A DNA stretch of 64,000 nucleotides from positions 4,868,662 to 4,932,661 of the forward strand of contig OZ037770.1 of NCBI GenBank assembly GCA_964035545.1. Direction: 5' to 3'. Of the stretch, positions 52,901 to 64,000 are shown one piece after another (the stretch's first letter is position 1; each line of letters starts with the position of its first letter). The notes beneath the pieces were generated by a model. That model was not told the origin of the DNA. It did not search any database and was given only the letters and a program-made list of their open reading frames with translations. Made by a program: the position numbers and the translations under genes. Origin of the DNA: Bugula neritina. Taxonomy: Eukaryota; Animalia; Bryozoa.

Positions 52901-55900
52901 ACTGTTGAAACATTTTTTTTTACAGATCTAGAAGAAAGTGGCCATTTGAGTTTAAGTGCAGTTGCACTTTTACAAGAACACTTGCATAAGAAAAGAACAT
53001 TCTGCTATGTAATAGAGATGATTTGCAGTGACAGTTGCACTCTGATTGATATGATACTCATATATTATGGTTATGTTGTCATACTATCATTCTTCTTTAT
53101 TTTTATAATTTTTATTGCATTGAGCTAGGCTTGAGCTCTGTAATAAGCAAGCCTGCAATATATATATATATTATATTGGTTGACAAACAAATACCTCATC
53201 TTTCTCTCCCATAACCACAAGGACTATATTCTAGCATTGGTTTCTCAAACTTACACCTTAGTAATTAGTTACACAGCACAAAATTCTAGCTATAGGAGTA
53301 TTAATGAATTTTTCACTTGAGTGGTGAGGAAATAATACTAACCTGATACATTTCTAAATCTATGAACATTGCATGGCAAATTATCTGTAATGTATATAAT
53401 AGGTCTCAAAGACCAAAAAGCTACATTTATTATCTTTTATCCAATGCTAGCTAGTATTTTTAGACAGTTAACCACATCTTCTCTCCAACAATAACGACAT
53501 TAGGTTTTGCCTTTTTGTACACATAATGATCCATTTAAAAAACTTCAAATTATTTTCGCAAGCAGCAGCTTACACACACTTAGCTCCCATCATTATCATT
53601 GCATTGTACAATGAATGTCTCATTGCATAATAAGAATTTAAAAGTTACATAAACAGAAACCACAATAGCTGCAATTCCAAATAAGTCCCATAATGCCAGT
53701 AATGAAGAAATCAATGTCAACCATGGTCAATTTTGACCTAAATAACTACCAACTAAATAGTTAGCAGAGTAGTTACACAGGCCCTGTTCAATAACAAGTT
53801 TTTTGCTACATGTTTCAAGTTATTTCTCCATTATGAAAGTACTCTATTTAAAACAACTGCAAGGCTTCCCTACTGCCAAAGGCAAACAACTAATAAGAAC
53901 TATTACTGGTATTAACTATGCACACGTGCTATACTTTTATTAATTTTTGGATTGTGGCTCAGGTGCCAAATATTTAAACTTTGCATGCTTAGTTCTCTGT
54001 ACAGTTGCACAGCTCAATAGTAATCTAAAAATAAACTTTCTACTTCAATAGACTTCCTGTAACTTTGCTGCTACAGTGTAGTATTTAGTATACATTCTTT
54101 GTCTGCTAAAACTGATGTGCAAAGCAGCGGTTATGTTTTGAAAGAATAGCATTGTAATGTTTGTATCTGTTTACTAAAGCTATGCTTATAATATTATCCC
54201 ACGACGTATACCTGCTAGTAGCCTTATATTGTGGAATGTTATAGCGATGCAATTATGCTGTCAAAGTAATTATATTGTGGTTTTAAAAGTGCTATGTAAC
54301 TGTTGGGACATACTGTTTGTTTATCAAGTGGGTCAGTTAGCTTTGAGATTTCAGATAATAAAGTGTAGTGACAGTAAGAAAGTTGGTAGTAATTCATTGC
54401 AGTACTTATTTATACAACACAACAAGCATGATGTTTGGCACACCAGTTTGGCCCTTATAGAAATTCAAGAGGCCGGTGATTAGAATAGTAAACTAATTGC
54501 TACTGCAAGTGGAGAGTAGTGTGTCTCTGCCATGGCATAAAGTACTTCAGAGCAACTTCAAACATATCATAACGTCACAAAGTTATGCATTACAGGTTTA
54601 GCTGGCTGCTGGCCTTTTTGTCACAGTAACACGTTCTGTAAATGCATTCTGTTAATGCATTCCTGAACTACTTGTATAGTTAACTTGTCAACTCTGTGTC
54701 ATTAACCATTTCTTTCCATATAATATTTAGTGCCCTGTTGTGAACTGCAAATACATTTTCAAGACTGACAATATTATATTATACAAACTACAAAGATAAA
54801 GGGGATTTAGAAAACAGAAGAAAACAACACAACTATAGTAATATTTACAAAACAGATTACATAATTGCATGGTGCATTGTCATGCACATTACAAACTGCA
54901 TTATGTTAACCAACAATTTCGTAAACTCATCAGTAATAATTTTAGCTAGCTATGTAAATAGCTTGCATACACCACAGGATTTGTTCTACACCTGGCAATA
55001 CCATGGTAGGTCAACTGCTAGGACCATGGTTAGTGCAGCCACTATATAGAACTAGTATAACCAACCACTTTTCACTGTAGTACAGCCATAAGTTTGGTTT
55101 TCTTGGTATTATGTTAGAGTGCAAGTCTCAACTGATGCCATAAATTGCAATGTAAAAACTATTATGAATCAAGCAATATTTTGGTAAATATTGCCAAACT
55201 GTATAACAAGTCACAACGTTATTTTTATAACAATTAAGACTTCATATGAATTCCATCACTGATAGCTCAAACAGATGTAATGTCACAGCAACAAACAATA
55301 TAAAGGGGAACTTACTTCCTCTAATATACTTTTTAATCTTTTTTAAAAACACCGTGAATCTGTAACAACATGCAGACAAGCTTATAGAAAACCCCTTTTA
55401 GAAAATGTGGCTTAATAGTTCAATCCTTCAACTATTTTACTTTCATTTTATCTATTTATAAATAATTTCAATCCTTCGGCTTTATAATTTTTATTTTATA
55501 GCTTTCATAGACATTTTCATATTATATCCTGTATGTATTTTTATATATATATATATTTCATTCTTACACTATTACATCTTTACATTTTATTCTATGATTG
55601 TGTATATATATAATGCACATGGAGCTTATAGTAATAAAAAGTTTTAAATCAAATTTTATTGCACAGAACTTTTGTTCACTTTGCTCCGAACTATACTGAG
55701 CCTGTGCTACTATTAATTTTGCAATTCTTTGGCACTCCTCAGGCACATATTGAATTTAAATTTTTACATTAAGAAAATCAAGATGTGAAGCACAACTTAA
55801 AATATAACGCAAATAATATAGTGGTAATATAATATAGTATTATATAATAATATAATGATATTATACATGATATGCATTATATTTTTACATATTAATATCT

Positions 55901-55920
55901 ATTATTAATTTATGAATAAG

Positions 55921-56676
55921 CACAGGATAGTTAAGGGCAACCTTTTAGCTGCAACTGCCTTGCTGAGGTTTGCATTGTAATCATATAAGAATTCAGTACC
56001 AGTAAAATAAAATCTCACCTAATTGTGCTAGAGTCAAAATTTAAAAACTATGTTGTAGATCTTGTTTTTCCCCAGAGCAACTTTTTTGGAAATTTCAATT
56101 TTCATTTTTTTTGCAAAGTTATAGACAAAAAACTGCCCAATTTTGGCCAATTTTGCCAGAAAAGCTGACTTTTCAGTACCAGTAAAATATCTCAGCAGCA
56201 AAAGATGATATCTGAATAAAAATTGCACTGCTAGAATCCTGAGATATTTCTCCAGTGCAAGTTTTTTTAATTTGCCAATAACTCTGCTAGATTGCCCGTA
56301 AATTGGTGATTTATACACTGAAAATGCCATATTTTTTCATAAGAAACTAGCAGCGCGCAGTGCTTCACGCTTCAATGAGCAGTTAGGGATGAGAAGATAT
56401 TGGCGCGTACATGCTAATTATAGGCCTGCTAGCTGGCAGGCTATTATGAATAGCTCGCTTTGTACTTTGTTTATGTAGCACCCATAATGGAATGTTGATA
56501 GATAACGCAGCCCTAATGAAGGTTGCTGCTCATTGGCTGTAGTTTATTCTTAGGCTAAACAAATGCAAGTAGGTAACACGCATGCCACCCGCAGAGCAAT
56601 ATTATTCAAGAACCTGAACTACATTTTGAGAGAAATTTATGATATTCTTAGTGAGGATGCCCTTAACTATCCTGTG
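55921..56676. mobile_element. Non-autonomous TIR element (756 bp) with CAC termini, CACTA/CMC-like
   Basis: Perfect 19-bp TIR CACAGGATAGTTAAGGGCA (55921-55939 / 56658-56676); AG flanks both sides (possible 2-bp TSD). Confidence 0.85.
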
Positions 56677-57112
56677 AGCGCAATTAACCTGAGTTTTCAA
56701 AATGCACTTTTAATATTAATTTAGATCATTTCATGGTTTGCTGGGTAAACCTAAAATAAAGGCTGTATTTTTTCTTAAAAGAAGGAATGTTGAACTATAT
56801 TATGATAAATTACCTCTTATGCATCAGTATAATATTATATGAATAGCTGCAATGCTTCTCCTCAGGTGCCTGGTTGTGCCTTATAGTAATGTGCAATCTA
56901 CTTATTTTTAACTTTTGGGTTTATTCAAAACCATTAGCATCAGTAGCCATATGGCCATCAACCACAGAGTCATATAGGCTATAGTAAAAAAATTTGAAAC
57001 AAGATTGCTATGCACAGCTGGTAAACATACTGCTGAACTAATATAACCAGTTCCCATCCATAGCTGTATAAGTTTAAGTCATGATAGTTACTCACGTTGT
57101 GCATACCCTCAT

Positions 57113-57198
57113 CAGCGTGCGTTAGAGTGGCCTAGTGGTTAACAGGGTTATCAGTGGCACCGTAACCACAGGATTGATCGCCTTAGCGTAGTTTTTTT
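57113..57198 (+). mobile_element. tRNA-like / SINE-head remnant
   Basis: A-box-like GTGGCCTAGTGGTTAA, degenerate B-box GGATTGATCGCC, then a T-run; no clean cloverleaf. Confidence 0.4.
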
Positions 57199-59096
57199 GC
57201 CAAATTTTTATTCAAATTCTACACATCGGTATGTATAAACAATGAGAGCATAAATATGACTATAGCTGTAGACTTTATTTTACTTTTAAAATATTCTTTA
57301 ACAGGTGGACAGCATGAATGCATGCATGCCAATTAGATACTGAGCACTGGGCTAAACCTTAGGATTTAATAAGTAAAATATATAATTGAGAGCTGGTGCA
57401 ATAATCAAGAAAACCTGGGATCTGATATAGCAAATTAAGTTACATTCTTGCAATTTATTCTTTACCTACACTCCAAACTAAAATTTAATAAGCTTTTCAA
57501 TTACCACGCGTGCTAGAGGATGGATCATTATAGTCCGAAAATATTTTTCTAGTACACCCTGACTGGAACAAGTTGCTGTGCAAATTACACCATACTATAT
57601 TGTTACAGTAGAAGTAAAATAGATTTTAAAATTATTGGTACTTATATTGCACTGTTTTTCATAATCATACTTTACTAAGAATAGGAATTTATAAATAAAA
57701 CTTTCTTTGCCATCATTAGCCATCTTTGCGTGCATATATTATAATATATACTGGGCCGTATGCAATTTGGAATTTATGCTGAATATTTAATGCTGAGTTA
57801 TATAATTTATTCTGGACAGTAATGCAAAAAACAAAAAGCTTGAAAATATAAATAAAGCACTAGCAAAAAATTACTAATTACAATACAATACATGCCTATA
57901 GGCCTACAAAACAAAAGCAACAGTTTTATATTTTAATAAACAATCACTTTCGGACTAATTAATGGGTCTTCGGAATATTGACTAGTTACCCACATACTGT
58001 AAGTGACAAAAATTGTAGGCATGTATAGCTGCTATAACAGGTTATTTCTTCTTACAATAGTGAAATGTAATACATATGTGTATAGGCATATATTGGTGAT
58101 GCTCAGAAAAACAGATTGCACCTTTACGTTTAAGAGGCATTTTCTGGCAAGGTTGCTGCATTGATTAACTTTGTGTAAAAAACAATTTTTGCCATGTCTA
58201 AGGTGTACTCTAATATAATATTTTACCTACTTTTCTATTTGTACTGCATGCATAGACACTATGAAAAAGCATCATGCAGTCTCAATATGAACTTTTTACC
58301 AATTACAAATTGTTTTTATATATAGTTATACCTTTCACGGTACACTTTGTTGACAGCTTTTATAAGATTTTTAATAACATATTAGAAAAAAATAGAAATC
58401 AGGATAAAAAACAATAATTTATGAATATTGAGGTTTGATGGCTTAAGGAAATAAATATTAAGTTAACAGTAAAGAGATACAAACACCTATAGTACAGAAC
58501 TATATATACTATAGCTGCATGCTATCCATGCAACAGACTATAATATAAATTATTATAGGACTGAAATATTAAATTGTTTTATTTTAGCAACATAAATTAA
58601 TGACACATCCTGTATGCTAAGCGTTTAACAGTAAAATTGCGTTGGTTGTTCACACCAGCCTAATTGAGGAAAAAGATACCACACTCAATAAAAATTTACA
58701 TTATTAAAAAGAGGTTTATACTTGCAGTTTTGTATCCAAGATTGAGATTAATACATGAATCAGAAGCACTGCTGTAGTTTGCACAACAATTAGCAATAAC
58801 ACAACCGACAAAAGCTGGGAACATCTAGTGTATAAGCAGCTATAGATTATATATTATATATACAGAGATAATATGTAAAGCCAAGTCTGACAAATACGCA
58901 GAATTTATATCATAAGCTACATTGGCGTAAAGTAACTCACTTGGGGTTGAACTGACACAAACATCACTTTCCTAATATTAACTAAATTGGTTTTATTTAT
59001 ATACTTATACTTAAAATAATAGAAGTACAACAAATAGAAATTGCATAAGTCTGCTGCAGCATAAACTGCTTTCTTTCTATACATAAATATATAATG

Positions 59097-59384
59097 TTAT
59101 AAGTTGGCAACTACATTATAATAATTTACAAAATACTGCAAGTCGACTGAATAAAACATTGATAGAGAATGAACAGCTTTCTGCACTTTTGATTTGGAGT
59201 TGTCTCACTATTTCTTTCTTTCTTGAGATGATGGTATATATACCTATCATCTCCAGAAAGAAAGAAATAGTGAGACAACTCCAAATTAAAAGTGCAGAAA
59301 GCTGTTCATTCTCCACCAATGTTCTATTCATGCGGCTTGCAGTATTCAGTATAATATTACTATCATGTAGTTGTCAACTTATAA
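59097..59384. repeat. Long near-perfect palindrome (foldback element, about 290 bp)
   Basis: TTATAAGTTGGCAACTACA...GAATGAACAGCTTTCTGCACTTT...GGTATATATACC (centre)...AAAGTGCAGAAAGCTGTTCATTC...TGTAGTTGTCAACTTATAA. Confidence 0.92.
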
Positions 59385-60049
59385 ATTATATTTGAAAATT
59401 TGCATATAATTGAAATCAGGTGCAAGTCTGTCCAACAGTTTGAGGCACCATCATCAGTATGTGATGCTACAATCTAGTGATTTCAGTATAATATCTGTAT
59501 ATTATAGTATATAATGTAGCATAATATTACATGAGCAAAAGCATTAGACTGTTAACATGATTATGTAACAGCTACAAGGTTATGCTCAGAACAGAAAGAT
59601 GACTCAAAGTCTCAAACTCAGTTTATAGCGTGGTTTTGTCTGTATACACATTTTATTGATGCTATACTATATAAACTATTTAGAAGTACATAGGTTGCAT
59701 AAATATTATATCAAGATATACTTTTATTAGCAGAATATACTTTATTTTGCACAACATCATATTATAACAATTGATAGTATATGTTAACAACTTGAAAATT
59801 ACAATCGCAATTCATACAAACGAAGAATTTATTTTTCATTTTTTCACATTTGCATCAGTTATTTCAGCAAAATTCTTGAAACTATCTTTGTCTGTTATGC
59901 TTCGTACCTGCCACAACACCTAAAATAAACATCATATCTTTACAAAAATCACAGAGCCTATATAATTTGCAAAATATCTCAGCCTATCTTTATATTAAAT
60001 TGAATCATTTATAATTTCATTCAACTTCTATAATTGAGTGATTATAGAA

Positions 60050-61170
60050 TGTTAATATGATTATTATTGCAATTAAATTATTCTAATTTTATTGCAAATA
60101 CATGTTATGCTACACACAAGTAATACTTATACCGCTAGTGCTACCAATTTGCTAACTTAGAATAATAGCAACAGCAAGAATTAATATCTAGTAGCCTACA
60201 AAGACTGGTAGCAGTGCAACTACAAGCATTAAGTAAATGTAAATACTGTTAGTGTTACTAGGAGTTGTGGTGTAGTAATATATAGATTATTCATTATTGT
60301 GATATTTAATTTTGTGGCACGAACTCTAAGTAATAATTATGTAACTAAATCTAAAATCAATACTAATAATAATAAAAATACCAATAGCTTAAAGGATTGG
60401 TAATGACAATACTTAGGCAATTGAAGAGTAACAGATATAATAACTGTGAGTGCAAGTCGAATACTAATAGTAATAGAAAGTCAAAATAGCAGTATCACTA
60501 ACATTAACCACTTAGTACTAGTACTACTGCTAGCAGTGGTACTAATACTAAACCTAGTAAAAGTACTACTATGTCTACTGTTAACAGTGATTACCAATAC
60601 TGATAGTAATAGTAATACATAATCGTAATGATAATCAAGTTGAAACTTGTTGATATTAATAGTAATTGTAATACTATTACTATTAAAAATTTGAACTTGA
60701 TTATCATTATCATTATGATTATCATTATGTAATAGTATTACTACTATTACTAGTATTAGATAATTAGTATTACTATTAGTGATCACTGATCACTATTACT
60801 ATTAGTATTGGTACTACCTGTACTATTACTATTAGTATAAGTGTTACTATATTTTATACTGGTACGACTACTAATATAATTACTATTACTATTAGTATTA
60901 GTATTACAGTATGAGTATTAGTATTACTATTAGTACTAGTAGCAGCAGTAATAACAATTACAATATGAATATGAATAACACTAAAGTAATACTAATACCT
61001 CTACTATAACTTATACTTGTAGTTAATTACTTAATAGTAATACTAATAGTATTATTATTAATATTATTAATATTATATTTATTCATTATTGTTATAACTA
61101 TAAGTTAGTTAATAAGTATCAGTATGAATTATTGAATATAATTATATAGTTATACTAAATAGTCATAAAC
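60050..61170. repeat. Second triplet-periodic (A-N-T) low-complexity tract outside the giant element copies
   Basis: Runs of act/agt/att/aat triplets, e.g. 60721-60960. Confidence 0.65.
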
Positions 61171-63130
61171 CAGAGTCACCAATAGTAAGAATGCCATAAA
61201 CACTCACCTGATTTAAGTTTTAATGATTGGCAAGAACATCTCTTCATTTAATTTATTTGCGAAAAACTGGTACAAATTACATGAATGAGAAGGATTTTCA
61301 ATTTTTCAAATTGGGTCCTGATGTGTTATTATGCGTAGCGGATGCCTGCAATTAATATATTTAAAACCCGAAATAAAATATTTCTATACTATGATTCAAG
61401 TTTTTAAGAGAATAGGTTGACAAAATATTTGGGCCTCTTTGTGACAAATAAAATACTAATAGAGTTTATATTATAATCATTTTTTAATGACAAAAAGTTT
61501 TTTGAAAAGCTATTTTCGTTTTCACTTTTATCACAACACTTTACTTTTCGAAACTTTTCATGTATCGAATAGACAACTTCTAAGGAACATGCGCCATTTG
61601 CCCATGAAGTGAACTTCGAATTATAATAATGATTATTTACAAGTTTGATCAACCCACTACAAAGCTACGTCTTTTTATGAGTACATCTCGCAACATAAAT
61701 AAACGATAAAAATAATGGATAAAACGCAATCGAAAAATATATCAAAACCATTATACTTAAATCAATATTGATAAATAAAATTGTATCTAATTATAAATAA
61801 ATATATATAATATACAAAACATATAAATAATAATTATGATACATAATTATAACATATAAAATGTATATAATTTAGTATAATATATAATATATTGCGTTGG
61901 TATATAAAAATAAAAATATATTGTTATATATAATATGATAATTATAAATAAATAACATTATATATCAACGTAATATATATTTGGGCTATTTATATCGGTG
62001 CACATAACTTCCTAGAATATAAAAGTAATTTTAGGAGGTGCAACATAAAATGAGAGGACAACTATTTTTGAATTGAGTTTGTAAGACTAAATTCCTACTT
62101 GCTCATTATAGTTGTAATTGTGAAAAGCTGGTGCGAAGTCTACAAGGGGTGGATTGTTTTCAAATCAATGCATTTTAATTTATTATAAACATTTCATCTA
62201 AACCAAAAGATTTTAGTATTATCTTTATGATATGTAAGTATATAAACTATGTAGTTAAGAAATTGTACTTTTGAATACATATTGCTGCTAAAAATATGTG
62301 TATAGGCATCAACCCCCTTGATATCCACCACTAGTTGTTATTAGTACTTCAAGCTACTAGCAGTCTTTTAACCAATCGAATTGAATTGGTTATCACATGC
62401 AGCCAATCGAATCTGTACATATTAGCTCACCAGAGTAGGTGAACATTCGTGATCACTGCCACTCACTGACTCCCGTCGAGCCGTGATAGGACTTAAAATG
62501 TCCAGTAGAGGAATAGATATACTGGATGTGAAGCTTGCTATGTTAATTATAATCAGCAAAGTACTGAATCAGATCACATCTCAGATCAAGTCACAGTTCA
62601 AGACAATTATGGCAATGCATGACTTTATATAGTGTTTATTGAATTGAAAATACAGTGTAACCAATGAATTGCTCTAACAGCATTTATCACAGTTTCTATA
62701 AAAGTTTTTTTTGTAATCATAGTACCAAAAACTCAAGCAACAGATAGTTCAACTGCTTGCTATAAAGTTATTAAATAAAGTTTATTGATTCTATACTTTA
62801 TAAAACTTTATAAAACATATTACACCACATTACACCAAGAGGTCTAGTCGATAATTGCAATAATACGCACTTGCTCAAAACTTAACTCATTCCAGAACAT
62901 TTTTGAAGTCAAGTTGCATATAGTCAACACTCTAACTAAGTCCACAGGTGAGTTGAATAAAATCAGCTTGAATAAACTCTGAAAATTAGTAAGTCATTTA
63001 GTTGTCGCATGCATAAAGAAGGCAGACAACTTAAAAATAGTTCTTAGGTATTTCATGAACTACACATTGCTACGCTTCGGGCCGTCATATACCAACCCTC
63101 TAATCTACTTGAAAGAGAAAGGAAACTTAC

Positions 63131-63309
63131 TCGTCTATGGCCTCCATTACCATTAGAACAAATGTGCCACAGTTGGCTTTAGCCAGTTTATCAATATTAT
63201 ACCTAACATCGGCTATAGTCACACCCCCAACAAACTGGTCATAGAACAAAGGTTTTACAACGGCATAAGACAGTCTTTTACCCAGAATTCTCTGTGTCCT
63301 TTCAAATAT
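63131..63309 (-). CDS. PRODH: PRODH-like exon
   Basis: IFERTQRILGKRLSYAVVKPLFYDQFVGGVTIADVRYNIDKLAKANCGTFVLMVMEAID; acceptor ttacag, donor GTAAG. Confidence 0.9.
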
Positions 63310-63829
63310 CTGTAACAAAATAATTGCTGCTCAAGACTCTACAATTTTTTTCCAACTGAGACATAATATATGTACAGAACTAACAATATTCTATAACATT
63401 GTTCTACCTTCGTATTATGCCTGTTTAAATTACTGAGTGAAGCACATCACCAATTGATGTGATGGTAAAGGTAACTGATATTATTGACTTCCATAATATT
63501 GCTAAAGAATATTTTATTCACTTTTTTGTTTACTTTGTTTTCTATAAAATTGCATAATAATTGGCGAATTTCCAAGTCTTACTGGTTAAGAGTTGTATGC
63601 TCCTGCCACTTATCACAATATTATATTGAGTTATGAGAAGCACACTGAGACGTAAGTTATAATAAACTGTCATATCACATTGTGCATGAATTTTACAACT
63701 TCACTATAATAAGATAATGATGTGCAATATTATACAAAGTTGTGGTGTTTTGTAATACAATACCCTATATAGTTTACATAATAAGTTTCAAAAGTAACAT
63801 AAAGCGAGACTTAGTATGTAACACATAAC

Positions 63830-64000
63830 CTCTGCTGATCTGCTCACAAACGTCCTGTTGGAACAGACTCTGAAGACTGTGAGAGCTCTCACAATCTCCC
63901 ACAATGACTTCTCTTTGAAAGCTTGCTTGTGATCAGTGAAATCCAAATCTACAACTGGAGATGTCACTGTATCTTCTGCAACTGTTTCTTGGTTGATTAA
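63830..64000 (-). CDS. PRODH: PRODH-like N-terminal exon (partial)
   Basis: ...VVDLDFTDHKQAFKEKSLWEIVRALTVFRVCSNRTFVSRSAE matches the eukaryotic ProDH N-terminal F.D...AF..KS..E..RA..V...CS pattern. Confidence 0.88.

Larger units (their letters stand above)
31728..64000 (-). pseudogene. PRODH: Proline/hydroxyproline dehydrogenase (PRODH2-like) gene, disrupted in this haplotype; 5' end beyond window
   Basis: Exons 63830-64000+, 63131-63309, 34645-34863 + 33812-33851 (split by MITE), 33505-33568, 32670-32892, 32392-32480 and 31728-31891 carry the ProDH motifs YDQFVGG, LMVDAEY, VWNTTQCYLK, AKLVRGAYM, ASHN, AQVYGMCD, YKS and PYLSRRSHEN. One exon is interrupted and the middle exon was not found. 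Confidence 0.75.

Noticed and set aside
57113-57198. Functional tRNA gene
   Set aside because: The B-box is degenerate and no consistent cloverleaf could be built.
59116-59395. Two similar ORFs on opposite strands
   Set aside because: Artefact of the palindrome.

Overview
AT-rich eukaryotic (invertebrate-like) genomic DNA with GT-AG introns and two convergent genes. (1) On the + strand, an 8-exon gene (exons 1866-3827, 4153-4245, 4428-4576, 4841-5011, 5262-5475, 5631-5858/5864, 26548-26651, 27080-27229; N-terminus upstream of the window) splices into one continuous frame of about 1020 codons. It encodes an LRR-Roc-COR (ROCO GTPase) protein fused to a complete C-terminal caspase-fold domain with His/Cys dyad motifs THG and EACSG. 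The ORF track does not show this fusion. (2) On the - strand, a proline/hydroxyproline dehydrogenase (PRODH/PRODH2-like) gene runs from beyond 64000 to 31728. One of its exons is interrupted by a MITE and a middle exon could not be found. The caspase small-subunit intron contains a 20.5-kb TIR element (5979-26463; CAG...CTG ends, perfect 8-bp target-site duplication AACTAAAC) with no recognisable transposase. A second, left-truncated 17.1-kb copy (35252-52390) lies in the PRODH gene. The element carries a dead R4/Dong-like LINE, a foldback, a roughly 5-kb triplet-periodic tract and a CT-rich tract. Other repeats are a gypsy-like gag relic, two RTE LINE relics, several MITEs, a long palindrome and tRNA-like SINE heads. 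All calls come from manual reading and translation; no database searches were run.
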